64,000 bases of DNA from Flavobacteriales bacterium (GCA_038256135.1 JBBSKR010000001.1:24740-88739), one strand, 5' to 3'. Counted from the stretch's first letter, positions 1-8,387 are shown. Numbers and translations are program-made. Notes: generated by a model from the letters alone, not told the origin.

Positions 1-986
1 TTTATTTCATCTTTGGTATTCCCGTGATTTTTGTTCAACCAGGCCATATCTATTTCATTGTCAAAATGACCTATATTACAAACAATGGCTTTATCCTTTA
101 AGGCCTTAAAATGTTCGGCCCTAATGATATCCTTGTTCCCTGTTGTGGTAATTACGATATCTGCGTTACCTATTACAGTTTCCAGTTTTTTTACTTCAAA
201 ACCATCCATACAAGCTTGTAGGGCACAAATTGGGTCTATCTCCGTTACGGTAATAATGGATCCAGCTCCTTTAAAAGAAGCTGCTGTTCCTTTTCCTACA
301 TCTCCATATCCGGCAACCACAACGCGTTTTCCTGCAAGCATGGTATCCGTAGCCCTGCGAATCGCGTCGACCGCACTTTCACGACAGCCATATTTGTTAT
401 CAAATTTAGATTTGGTAACGGAGTCGTTCACGTTAATTGCAGGCATGGGCAGTGTTCCTTTTTTTACCCGCTCATACAACCTGTGAACGCCAGTAGTGGT
501 TTCCTCCGATAGCCCTTTAATACCGGCTGCCATTTCTGGATACTTATCCAAAACCATATTGGTCAAATCGCCACCATCATCCAAAATCATGTTCAACGGT
601 TCCCTGTCCTCCCCGAAAAATAAGGTCTGTTCTATACACCAGTCAAACTCTTCCTCGTTCATGCCCTTCCAAGCATAAACAGGTATGCCAGCTGCTGCAA
701 TGGCAGCAGCAGCTTGGTCTTGTGTAGAGAAAATGTTACAGGAGCTCCAAGTAACCTTTGCTCCTAAAGATAGTAAGGTCTCGATTAAAACAGCTGTCTG
801 TATGGTCATATGTAGACATCCGGCAATACGGGCACCTTTTAAAGGCTGCTCATCCTTATACTCCTCCCGTAAGGCCATAAGACCGGGCATTTCTGCCTCA
901 GCCAATTCAATTTCTTTTCTCCCCCAAGCAGCTAGGGAAATATCCTTCACCTTATAGGGTACATATGGAATAGTTTTGGTGCTCAT
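1..986 (-). CDS. ahcY: Adenosylhomocysteinase (S-adenosyl-L-homocysteine hydrolase). The N-terminal ~328 codons are in the window; the C-terminus lies beyond the window edge.
   Basis: The reverse complement from ATG at 986..984 reads [43 protein letters not shown]... It contains the NAD-binding motif [15 protein letters not shown] and, near the window edge, [12 protein letters not shown]. It is missing from the ORF track because it runs off the window. The + strand ORFs 85..957 are its shadows. Confidence 0.93.
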   Translation of the reverse strand, partial: MSTKTIPYVPYKVKDISLAAWGRKEIELAEAEMPGLMALREEYKDEQPLKGARIAGCLHMTIQTAVLIETLLSLGAKVTWSSCNIFSTQDQAAAAIAAAGIPVYAWKGMNEEEFDWCIEQTLFFGEDREPLNMILDDGGDLTNMVLDKYPEMAAGIKGLSEETTTGVHRLYERVKKGTLPMPAINVNDSVTKSKFDNKYGCRESAVDAIRRATDTMLAGKRVVVAGYGDVGKGTAASFKGAGSIITVTEIDPICALQACMDGFEVKKLETVIGNADIVITTTGNKDIIRAEHFKALKDKAIVCNIGHFDNEIDMAWLNKNHGNTKDEI

Positions 987-1069
987 ATATTTATTATTTT
1001 ATACATTCGTTTATCTGCGTACAGCAAAATTTATTTCGCTGTAAAGGTACAAATAACCCTAAGAATGCC

Positions 1070-1702
1070 ATGGCGCTTTACAAAACTATAACAGTCAATG
1101 AAGATACTTCCCTAGCTATTTGGAGGGTGGAGGAATCGGAAGATATATTGTGGAAAGGAGTGGAACTTACTCCTCATTGCCAAGAGCGGTTCAATGGAAT
1201 GAAATCACAACTGCACCGTAGGGCGTTCTTGAGTATTAGACATTTAATGGCCCATTATGGGTATGCCGATGCTGATTTGGTTTATGATCAAAATGGAAAG
1301 CCGCACTTGCAGGACAACAACCATATTTCCATTTCCCATTCCCATAATTTTACAGGAATCATTATAAGTAAGTCAGAAGAAGTAGGGATCGATATAGAAA
1401 TGCAGCGTGAAAAAATTCTGCGTATTGCGCACAAGTTCACGCCATTCGAAGAGTATAGAACCTTGGCCAATACGGCTGCCATTGTCAGAAAATTAACGAT
1501 TGTTTGGGGAGCAAAGGAATCGCTGTATAAAATCTACGGAAAAAAAGGGCTTAGTTTTTTGCATCACATTGATGTACAGGATTTTGGTTTTGATGAATTG
1601 AAAACAACGGCGGAGATATCGTACAAAGGTGATTTATCAAGTTATTCCATTGACTTTTTTGAGTTTGAGGATTTTACTTGCGTTTACGCTTTGAAAACTT
1701 AA
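1070..1702 (+). CDS. 4'-phosphopantetheinyl transferase (Sfp/EntD-type superfamily)
   Basis: Contains the GIDIE metal-binding motif (VGIDIEMQRE) and the W-x-x-KES-x-x-K motif (WGAKESLYK). The size of 210 aa is typical. Confidence 0.8.
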   Translation: MALYKTITVNEDTSLAIWRVEESEDILWKGVELTPHCQERFNGMKSQLHRRAFLSIRHLMAHYGYADADLVYDQNGKPHLQDNNHISISHSHNFTGIIISKSEEVGIDIEMQREKILRIAHKFTPFEEYRTLANTAAIVRKLTIVWGAKESLYKIYGKKGLSFLHHIDVQDFGFDELKTTAEISYKGDLSSYSIDFFEFEDFTCVYALKT

Positions 1703-1742
1703 GATTTTTGAATAATTAGGTAGCGAGTTAGGAGATAGGATT

Positions 1743-1854
1743 GAAGAGTGAAGAGTGAAGAGTGAAGAGTAAAGAGTGAAGAGTAAAGAGTGAGGAGTGA
1801 GGAGTGAGGAGTGAAAAGTGAAGTGCGAAAAGAGAAAAGTGAAAAGTGAAAAGA
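1743..1854 (+). repeat. Degenerate heptanucleotide tandem array, about 16 units, consensus GARRAGT
   Basis: Read directly: GAAGAGT x4, AAAGAGT, GAAGAGT, AAAGAGT, GAGGAGT x3, GAAAAGT, then decayed units and more GAAAAGT. The + strand has almost no C across the array. Confidence 0.95.
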
Positions 1855-1912
1855 GAAAGTTGTAAGAAAGGAAAAGAACAAAGTAAGTCATCCTTTGATT
1901 TTTTATATTGTT

Positions 1913-1988
1913 AACGAACAACGAACAACGAACAACGAACAACGAACAACGAACAACGAACAACGAACAACGAACAACGAACAACGAA
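1913..1988 (+). repeat. Perfect heptanucleotide tandem array (AACGAAC) x ~10.9, ending 2 nt before ATG 1991
   Basis: Read directly: 76 nt of uninterrupted AACGAAC repeats with no mismatches. Confidence 0.98.
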
Positions 1989-1990
1989 TT

Positions 1991-2251
1991 ATGAATATAT
2001 CCGTAGAATTAACATTTTCACCATTGCAGGATGATTTTGAACAACACATCATCAATTTCATCAAAAAATTAAGGGCATCTGGCTTAACTATACTTGAGAA
2101 CCCATTAAGCACCCAAGTCTTTGGGCCATATGATGCCGTAATGCAGGTGCTGAACAATGAAATAAAAACGGCATTTGAATTGATGGACAAGGGACTATTG
2201 TACATTAAAATAGTTAAATCCGATAGAAGCGCCTATGAACCCCATTTTTGA
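1991..2251 (+). CDS. MTH1187/YkoF-like small (thiamine/HMP-binding-type) protein, 86 aa
   Basis: MNISVELTFSPLQDDFEQHIINFIKKLRASGLTILENPLSTQVFGPYDAVMQVL...IKIVKSDR fits the MTH1187/UPF0045 pattern (xxSvxPlg..yv..ai..l..sGl.ye..pmgT.iEG..d.vm..l........iKid.R) as I recall it. I place the start at 1991, not at the track's 1895, because the upstream extension is only translated heptamer repeat (NEQRTTN). Confidence 0.6.
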   Translation: MNISVELTFSPLQDDFEQHIINFIKKLRASGLTILENPLSTQVFGPYDAVMQVLNNEIKTAFELMDKGLLYIKIVKSDRSAYEPHF

Positions 2252-2867
2252 TTATTTCGTAAATCCGTATAGGGAAAAGGAAGCTTTTATTATTGCCTTA
2301 GAGGCTATTGTTTTTGTAACGGGGATTCTAAGCGTATGGTTCGCAAAAAAAGAAAATATTTGGGTATATCCCACTGGTTTGGTAGCTACAGTAATCACTG
2401 TATATCTCTTGTTTCGAGATCAATTAATGGGCGACATGATGATGAATTTCTATTTTTCCATAATGAGTATTTATGGTTGGTGGAACTGGGCACGTACTAC
2501 AAACGATAAAAAGGTAGTTCAGGTTTCAAGAACGAATAAAAAGGAAAAAGTAATTGGTATTCTTTTGTTCGTGATGACTATGATAATTACCTATGGTGTT
2601 TATATTGCGTTTGATGTCGAAATTACAATTTCCAACTATATTGATATTTTCACTTCAGGTGTATTTTTTACTGCTATGTGGTATATGGCACTCAAAAAAC
2701 TTGAAAATTGGACACTCTGGATTTTTGCAGATTTAATCACTGTACCATTGTACGCTTATAGAGGTTGGGGTATGCTTTCCTTACAATATCTTATATTTAC
2801 TATCCTTGCCATACAAGGATATCTAGAATGGAAGAAAAATATAGACAAGAGCCTTCAACTATCCTAA
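2235..2867 (+). CDS. pnuC: PnuC-family nicotinamide riboside (or related vitamin riboside) transporter
   Basis: A 210-aa polytopic membrane protein. It has the PnuC-like N-terminus (EAxxIxLexxxxxxGILSVWFAKKENIWVYPTGL) and the Trp-rich YGWWNW motif. Its start overlaps the upstream stop by 17 nt. Confidence 0.8.
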   Translation: MNPIFDYFVNPYREKEAFIIALEAIVFVTGILSVWFAKKENIWVYPTGLVATVITVYLLFRDQLMGDMMMNFYFSIMSIYGWWNWARTTNDKKVVQVSRTNKKEKVIGILLFVMTMIITYGVYIAFDVEITISNYIDIFTSGVFFTAMWYMALKKLENWTLWIFADLITVPLYAYRGWGMLSLQYLIFTILAIQGYLEWKKNIDKSLQLS

Positions 2868-3391
2868 AAGTGGTTCTTTTTGGACCCGAATCTACCGGGA
2901 AAACAACACTATCACAGCAATTAGCGAGATACTATAATACCGTATGGGTACCTGAATTTGCAAGGGAATATTTACAGGAGAAGTGGAACAATCAGCGGAG
3001 AACATGTGAACCGCAAGATTTGCTCCCTATTGCAGAAGGGCAAATGCGATTGGAAAATGAATTGACCAAAAAAGCTACAAAAATTCTGATATGTGATACG
3101 GATCTCTTGGAAACAAAGGTATATTCCGAAGCGTATTATATTGGCAATTGCGACCCTATTTTAGAAAAACATGCATTACAGAATACGTATGATCTCTATT
3201 TGCTGACCTACATAGACATTCCATGGGAAGCGGACGATTTAAGGGATAAACCAGTTGAAAGGGAAGAAATGTTTGACTATTTTAAGTCAACCCTTGAAAA
3301 ATACAATAAAAATTTTATTACCTTAAAGGGGAACAAAAAACAACGTTTAAAAAAAGCGATTAACCATATAGATCAGTTATTAGATAAATGA
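2828..3391 (+). CDS. NadR-type ribosylnicotinamide-kinase-like P-loop ATPase (kinase domain only)
   Basis: Carries the Walker A motif VVLFGPESTGKTTLSQQLA followed by VPEFAREYL, as in the C-terminal RNK domain of NadR. There is no HTH or NMN-adenylyltransferase domain. The start is placed at the internal ATG 2828 (MEEKYRQ...); the track start 2765 lies deep inside pnuC. Confidence 0.7.
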   Translation: MEEKYRQEPSTILKVVLFGPESTGKTTLSQQLARYYNTVWVPEFAREYLQEKWNNQRRTCEPQDLLPIAEGQMRLENELTKKATKILICDTDLLETKVYSEAYYIGNCDPILEKHALQNTYDLYLLTYIDIPWEADDLRDKPVEREEMFDYFKSTLEKYNKNFITLKGNKKQRLKKAINHIDQLLDK

Positions 3392-4926
3392 TACAACTTA
3401 CAGAAAACGACCAAAAACAATTGAAGGATAAAGGAATTTCCAAAGAAAAGATGTTGGACCATATCAATACCTTTAAAGAAGGGATTCCCTTTGTTCAATT
3501 AAAAGAAGCAGCCGTTATCGATAACGGTATTCTTGAATTTTCCAAAGCAGAGGAAAAAGAGCTCATTCAATTATACGATGCGAAATTAAAAGATTTGGAT
3601 ATATTGAAATTTGTCCCTGCTTCTGGTGCCGCTTCCCGTATGTTCAAGGCCTTATTTAATTTTTTGGATGTTTATAATCCAGAGAAAGAAACCTTGGAGG
3701 CCTATTTGAACAGATCAAATGATACGGATATTAAGAAGCTGTCCGAAGGTCTTGAGCGCTTGCCATTTTACAAAAAGGTAACGGAAAGAATAACGGAAAA
3801 AACAGATTCGCCAGGGAAAAAGGTATACCTTTTTGTAGCGGAATTGCTTGGTGAAGATGCACTTAATTACGGTTTTTATCCAAAAGGACTATTACCGTTT
3901 CATAACTATGGCAATAATGCCGCTACCCCGTTTGAGGAGCATTTAAAGGAAGGTTCTTTGTATGCCGGATCCAAGGGTAAAGCGCAACTTCATTTTACCA
4001 TTTCTGAGCAGCATGAAGACATGTTCAATTCAGAATTTGAAGAAGCGGGCCCTAGGGTTTCCGAAAGCACGGGAATGAAATATGAAGTCGATTATTCCTT
4101 TCAAAAATCAGCTACGGACACCCTGGCCGTTGATATGGAAAATAGACCGTTTCGAAATGAAGATGGTACGGTACTATTTCGACCTGGTGGTCATGGGGCG
4201 CTAATTGAAAACCTGAACGAGCAGGATGCGGACATTATTTTTATTAAAAATATTGATAATGTAGCTATTATGGAAGATGCCAAGGCAGTAGCGGATAGCA
4301 AAAAGGTATTGGCAGGCGTTCTTTTGAGAGAACAGGAAAAAGCATTTGAATATGCAGATCAATTGGACAAAGCCAACATTTCCGATGCTGACATCCAAAA
4401 AATACAGTCATTTTTGAAGGATAGGCTAAACGTTCGATTTTCCGATGGTTTAGATTCTAAATCCAATCCCGATAAAATAGCGGCTCTAAAAAACAAGATT
4501 AACAGACCTATCCGAATTTGTGGAATGGTAAAAAACGAAGGTGAACCGGGTGGCGGTCCTTTTTGGGTAAGAAACTCCAAAGGAGAGGTGTCGTTACAGA
4601 TTATTGAATCGGCACAGATCGACATGGATAACGATCAGCAAGCCAGCATCATGAAAAATTCCACCCATTTTAATCCGGTAGATTTGGTATGTGGGGTACG
4701 GGATTATAAAGGCAAAAAATATGACTTGCTTCAATTTGTTGATGATAAGCAAGGTTTTATTACCGGAAAAACAAAGGATGGAAAAGAATTGAAGGCATTG
4801 GAACTTCCCGGACTTTGGAACGGTGCTATGGCATTTTGGAATACCATTTTTGTAGAGGTGCCATTGGTCACCTTTAATCCGGTTAAAAGTGTCATCGACC
4901 TTTTAAAAGATTCCCATCAGGTGTAA
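3388..4926 (+). CDS. DUF4301-family protein with UDP-sugar pyrophosphorylase (UDPGP)-like nucleotidyltransferase motifs
   Basis: 512 aa. FVPASGAASRMFK is a candidate nucleotide-binding loop, RPGGHGAL resembles the P-GHGD motif, and FIKNIDNV resembles the N-x-DN motif of UGPase/UAP enzymes. The ATGA start/stop overlap links it to the upstream gene. Confidence 0.65.
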   Translation: MIQLTENDQKQLKDKGISKEKMLDHINTFKEGIPFVQLKEAAVIDNGILEFSKAEEKELIQLYDAKLKDLDILKFVPASGAASRMFKALFNFLDVYNPEKETLEAYLNRSNDTDIKKLSEGLERLPFYKKVTERITEKTDSPGKKVYLFVAELLGEDALNYGFYPKGLLPFHNYGNNAATPFEEHLKEGSLYAGSKGKAQLHFTISEQHEDMFNSEFEEAGPRVSESTGMKYEVDYSFQKSATDTLAVDMENRPFRNEDGTVLFRPGGHGALIENLNEQDADIIFIKNIDNVAIMEDAKAVADSKKVLAGVLLREQEKAFEYADQLDKANISDADIQKIQSFLKDRLNVRFSDGLDSKSNPDKIAALKNKINRPIRICGMVKNEGEPGGGPFWVRNSKGEVSLQIIESAQIDMDNDQQASIMKNSTHFNPVDLVCGVRDYKGKKYDLLQFVDDKQGFITGKTKDGKELKALELPGLWNGAMAFWNTIFVEVPLVTFNPVKSVIDLLKDSHQV

Positions 4927-4947
4927 TAAGAAATTGGTCAGAATGAT

Positions 4948-4977
4948 AAAAAGTGTGTAGTTACTACACACTTTTTT
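4948..4977 (+). terminator. Rho-independent terminator
   Basis: AAAAAGTGTGTAG-tta-CTACACACTTTTTT: perfect stem, 3-nt loop, T-run. Confidence 0.8.
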
Positions 4978-5131
4978 CATTTAGACACATTTTTACCCAT
5001 ATCATGTAAAAATGTAAATTATCGTATATCGCTGTAATACAAATATTTAGGCAATAGTAAAGGCATTATTCGGTCTTGGCACTATTTTTCTATTATAGTT
5101 AATTAGAATGTTTAATTTAAAAATAAGAAAG

Positions 5132-5434
5132 ATGAAAAAATTAGTTTTTGCAACAGCTTTGGCAATAGGAAGTTTAACTATAGGAACCGCGGCTACGCCG
5201 ATTATATTCCATGATGGTGTTATGGAAGATGTATTTTCCCAAGATTATAAGGAAGTAGCTGTCTCCGATGTTCCAACAGCAGTTACTGATGCTTTAGCAG
5301 CAGATTATGCCGGCGCAACATTAAATAAGGCATATGTTAACGAAGAGGAAAATTACAAGTTAGAAGTATCAATGGAAGATGGAACTGCCATGGAACTTTA
5401 TGCCGATTCTGAAGGGAACTGGTTAGAAATGTAA
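5132..5434 (+). CDS. Small secreted PepSY-like (DUF2874-type) protein, paralog 1
   Basis: Has a signal peptide (MKKLVFATALAIGSL...). The VPTAVTDALAADYAGATLNKAYVNEEENYKLEVSMEDGTAMELYADSEGNWLEM pattern is shared with ORFs 5586 and 6544. Confidence 0.7.
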   Translation: MKKLVFATALAIGSLTIGTAATPIIFHDGVMEDVFSQDYKEVAVSDVPTAVTDALAADYAGATLNKAYVNEEENYKLEVSMEDGTAMELYADSEGNWLEM

Positions 5435-5458
5435 TCCCCCACTTATTTAGTTTTTTAT

Positions 5459-5483
5459 AAAAAGCTGCTTCGGCAGCTTTTTT
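5459..5483 (+). terminator. Rho-independent terminator
   Basis: AAAAAGCTGC-ttcg-GCAGCTTTTTT. Confidence 0.8.
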
Positions 5484-5585
5484 CATTGTTTAAAACTTTA
5501 AAATTTAGTTAATCTATAATCCAGATGATGGGTTGGTCCGTAGATAATAATGATTCAAGCGTTATTAATGATTTAAATAGTTAGA

Positions 5586-5891
5586 ATGAAAAAGGATGCA
5601 TTATTTGTTTTATTGGCTTTGGGAATGATGTTCAACAATTCTGCTCATGCCTTTTCGTTGGCAGCAGAACAAAATACCATGGTATATATTTCTGACGAAT
5701 ATGTGAAAATAAAATCCAGTGAGTTGACACCACCGGTAGTAGAGGAGATATTGAAACAATATCCTACTTCCAAACTTGGTGCTGCCTATAAGAATGATAA
5801 AGGGGAATTTAAATTAATAATGGTTCTTAAGAGCGGTACTAGAAGAACTGTATATATAGACCAATACGGTAATTGGATCAATAAGAAGTAA
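5586..5891 (+). CDS. Small secreted PepSY-like protein, paralog 2
   Basis: Has a signal peptide, then ...PPVVEEILKQYPTSKLGAAYKNDKGEFKLIMVLKSGTRRTVYIDQYGNWI, the same architecture as 5132 and 6544. Confidence 0.65.
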   Translation: MKKDALFVLLALGMMFNNSAHAFSLAAEQNTMVYISDEYVKIKSSELTPPVVEEILKQYPTSKLGAAYKNDKGEFKLIMVLKSGTRRTVYIDQYGNWINKK

Positions 5892-6194
5892 AGGATAGTT
5901 CTAAATAATCTTTAAAATTGACCGTTAGTTACAGGTAGTGTCGAAATAGTTTGACGGGTTTGAGAAAGGGGTACTTTTAATTTTTTCCAATGGTGTTGCC
6001 AATTATTACTGGGCATAAGGTAATATTTAAGTTAGCTGCTGAAAAATCAATGGCAAACAAATCACTTTCAACTATACATTAACCGTTTACTATGAAGGTG
6101 CCAACAAGCACTGATAGTATTTCAAAAGATTGAAAACAAGATCTTGATCGATAGATGAAAGAAGCTGTCTAAAATTTACTGAGGTACTAATTTT

Positions 6195-6266
6195 CGAGGT
6201 ACGAAGCAATCTGGAAGTAAATCTGCTCTTAAGAAACAGATTACTTCGATTTGCTCATTATGACAA
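6195..6266. repeat. REP-like palindromic element, same family as 36541..36703
   Basis: The arms CGAAGCAATCTG (23 nt) CAGATTACTTCG form an inverted repeat with 11/12 complementarity. It is followed by TTGCTCATTATGAC; compare CAGATTGCTTC..TTCGCAATGAC at 36675..36700. Confidence 0.6.
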
Positions 6267-6543
6267 TTTGTTTTGACATTTTATACCGCCTCTTTTTTTT
6301 AGCCCCATACAATCCATATTGTTCTAATATAATTTTGAGGAAATAATATAAAGGCTTTTCCGATTTATAATGGGTAAAGATTATACAGCCCTACCCAAAC
6401 CGAACAGTTTTACCCAACTCTATAATTTCGAATAATCGAGTAAAACCTTAGTATACAAGTATTTATAATTAAAAATGAGTTTGGCACTTTTTTTACATAG
6501 GTATTAGTAATGAAATGAATTATTAAACTTAAAAATTAGAAAT

Positions 6544-6861
6544 ATGAAAACTTTATTTTTATTAGGAGCGTTGACAATTGGAGGTTTAACCATTAATGCG
6601 CAAGACGCATCACTTTCTCAAAACGGGATAGTTCATAACCAAGTAAATAAAACGATTATAGTGGGCGATGAATTTTCTGAGATTGCTGTTTCAGAAGTAC
6701 CACAAGTGGTAAAAGATGCAATTGCAAAAAATTATCCTACGGCAACATTGGAAAAGGCATATACAAATGAGGAAAAGCAGTATAAATTGTTGCTTTCCCT
6801 TGAAGATGGTACAGAAGGAACATTATATGCTGATGAAGATGGTAATTGGTTAGACATATAA
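6544..6861 (+). CDS. Small secreted PepSY-like protein, paralog 3
   Basis: Has a signal peptide. VPQVVKDAIAKNYPTATLEKAYTNEEKQYKLLLSLEDGTEGTLYADEDGNWLDI is closely similar to paralog 1. Confidence 0.7.
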   Translation: MKTLFLLGALTIGGLTINAQDASLSQNGIVHNQVNKTIIVGDEFSEIAVSEVPQVVKDAIAKNYPTATLEKAYTNEEKQYKLLLSLEDGTEGTLYADEDGNWLDI

Positions 6862-6898
6862 TATAGAATAACTTGTTTGTTCAAGTTGGTTTGGTCAG

Positions 6899-6937
6899 GA
6901 AAGGGTAGCATTGTGCTGCCCTTTTCTTTTTTTTTTA
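6899..6937 (+). terminator. Rho-independent terminator
   Basis: AAGGGTAGCA-ttg-TGCTGCCCTT (one G-U pair) followed by a long T-run. Confidence 0.75.
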
Positions 6938-7016
6938 TTTTCTGCAAAAGGTTTAAGAAAATTTTAAAATACAAGTAGTCGGGTTAGGTTATTTTTACGT
7001 AGGTACATAGAACACG

Positions 7017-8387
7017 ATGACTGCGATGCCCAAAATTTTAATTATTGAAGATGATATTTCATTTGCGCAAATGCTCCAGAATTTTTTGGGCAGAAACGAT
7101 TTTGAGGTTGTTCTTTGTCATACAGGTCTGGAAGGCGAAAAGCAAATTGAGGAAAATGATTTTCAGTTGGTGATTACAGATTTAAGATTGCCCGATTATG
7201 ACGGAATCAAATTAGTTTCCGAACTAAATGGTAAGGTTCCAATAATTGTTATGACAGGTTATGCTGAAGTGTCGTCAGCGGTCAAAGCCATGAAAATGGG
7301 TGCTTATGATTATATTTCCAAACCATTTACTCCAGATCAGATGCTTGCGGTTATTGATGGGGCATTACATTCTAAGCCTCAACAACCAAAGGAAACCACG
7401 TTGAGTTCCCTTGAAAATTCCAAAAAGAATCCGGAAAACCTAGTAAAATATACAAAGAATACAGACGATTTGGCCTTGGTAAGTGAGGCGGCCCAAAAAT
7501 TAGGAGAGTATATATCATTGGTTGCGCCAACTGATATGTCTGTACTGATAATTGGGGAAAGTGGAACTGGTAAGGAGGTTACGGCAAAGGCAATACATCA
7601 AAACAGTTCTAGAAGTGAAAATGCCTTTATTGCATTGGATTGTGGTGCCATCCCAAAAGAATTGGCAGCCAGTGAGTTTTTTGGACATTTAAAGGGAAGT
7701 TTTACCGGGGCTGTGGCAGACAAGGTGGGAAGTTTTGAAGCCGCGAATGGTGGTACTTTATTTTTAGATGAAGTCGGAAATCTATCCTATGAAAATCAAA
7801 AACAATTATTGAGGGCAATACAGGAACGTAAAATCAAAAAAATCGGTAGTAATACGGAGATTCTTGTTGATTTAAGAATACTTTCTGCCACCAATGAAGA
7901 CTTAAAATCTGCTGTGGAAAAAGGCACGTTTAGGGAAGATTTATACCATAGATTGAACGAGTTCTCGTTACAAATACCATCTCTAAAGAATAGGCACGGT
8001 GATTTACCGATTTTTGCCAAATACTTTTTGGAAAAATCGAATACGAAACTAGGTAAGAAAATAACTGATTTCTCTGATGAAGTTTGGGACATATTTAATA
8101 CCTACCACTGGCCTGGCAATATAAGGGAACTACAGAATGTAATCCAACGGGCTGTCCTATTAACGGATACGCAGAAAGTACAAGTCAAGGCACTGCCATC
8201 GGAGCTGTTGCAACCTGCAGAGGTACCCACTGATTATGGTAATCTTTCGAAGGCAGATTTTGAGAAGGAGCAAATTCTAACTGCACTCAAACGAACGAAC
8301 TACAACAAATCCAAGGCGGCAAAATTACTTCAAGTGACCAGAAAGACGTTGTATAACCGTATTAATTATTATGACTTGGATGTATAG
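7017..8387 (+). CDS. Sigma-54-dependent response regulator (NtrC-family bacterial enhancer-binding protein)
   Basis: Has a REC domain (ILIIEDD...VITDLRLPD), an AAA+ domain with Walker A GESGTGKE and a GAFTGA-type loop (GSFTGA), and a C-terminal Fis-type HTH (KSKAAKLLQVTRKTLYNRI). Confidence 0.9.
   Translation: MTAMPKILIIEDDISFAQMLQNFLGRNDFEVVLCHTGLEGEKQIEENDFQLVITDLRLPDYDGIKLVSELNGKVPIIVMTGYAEVSSAVKAMKMGAYDYISKPFTPDQMLAVIDGALHSKPQQPKETTLSSLENSKKNPENLVKYTKNTDDLALVSEAAQKLGEYISLVAPTDMSVLIIGESGTGKEVTAKAIHQNSSRSENAFIALDCGAIPKELAASEFFGHLKGSFTGAVADKVGSFEAANGGTLFLDEVGNLSYENQKQLLRAIQERKIKKIGSNTEILVDLRILSATNEDLKSAVEKGTFREDLYHRLNEFSLQIPSLKNRHGDLPIFAKYFLEKSNTKLGKKITDFSDEVWDIFNTYHWPGNIRELQNVIQRAVLLTDTQKVQVKALPSELLQPAEVPTDYGNLSKADFEKEQILTALKRTNYNKSKAAKLLQVTRKTLYNRINYYDLDV

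Noticed and set aside
85-957. Three + strand ORFs (85..486, 496..678, 685..957) listed in the track.
   Set aside because: They are antisense shadow frames of the clearly recognisable ahcY gene on the minus strand. Their translations have no protein-like motifs.
987-1069. Possible SAH riboswitch upstream of ahcY.
   Set aside because: The leader is only ~83 nt, AT-rich and shared with the divergent PPTase gene. I could not see the GC-rich pseudoknot elements of an SAH aptamer.
1637-2205. ORFs running through the heptamer arrays (1637..1984 -, 1699..1881 -, 1903..2205 -) and the N-terminal extension of 1895..2251. A CRISPR array was also considered.
   Set aside because: Their sequences are just translated 7-nt repeats (SLFTLHS..., CSLFVVR..., NEQRTTN...). 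The arrays have no spacers and 7-nt units, so they are microsatellites and not CRISPR.
5500-5585. Sigma-54 -24/-12 element upstream of PepSY-like paralog 2.
   Set aside because: Only TTGGTCC-N5-TAAT is present, with no GG-N10-GC. The sigma-54 idea is therefore supported for at most two of the three paralogs.
8362-8387. Convergent 3'-end gene overlaps (8362..8387, 51819..51838, 55796..55799) as possible antisense regulation.
   Set aside because: Short convergent overlaps are common in compact genomes, and some may reflect start or stop choices. No structure or motif supports a regulatory role.
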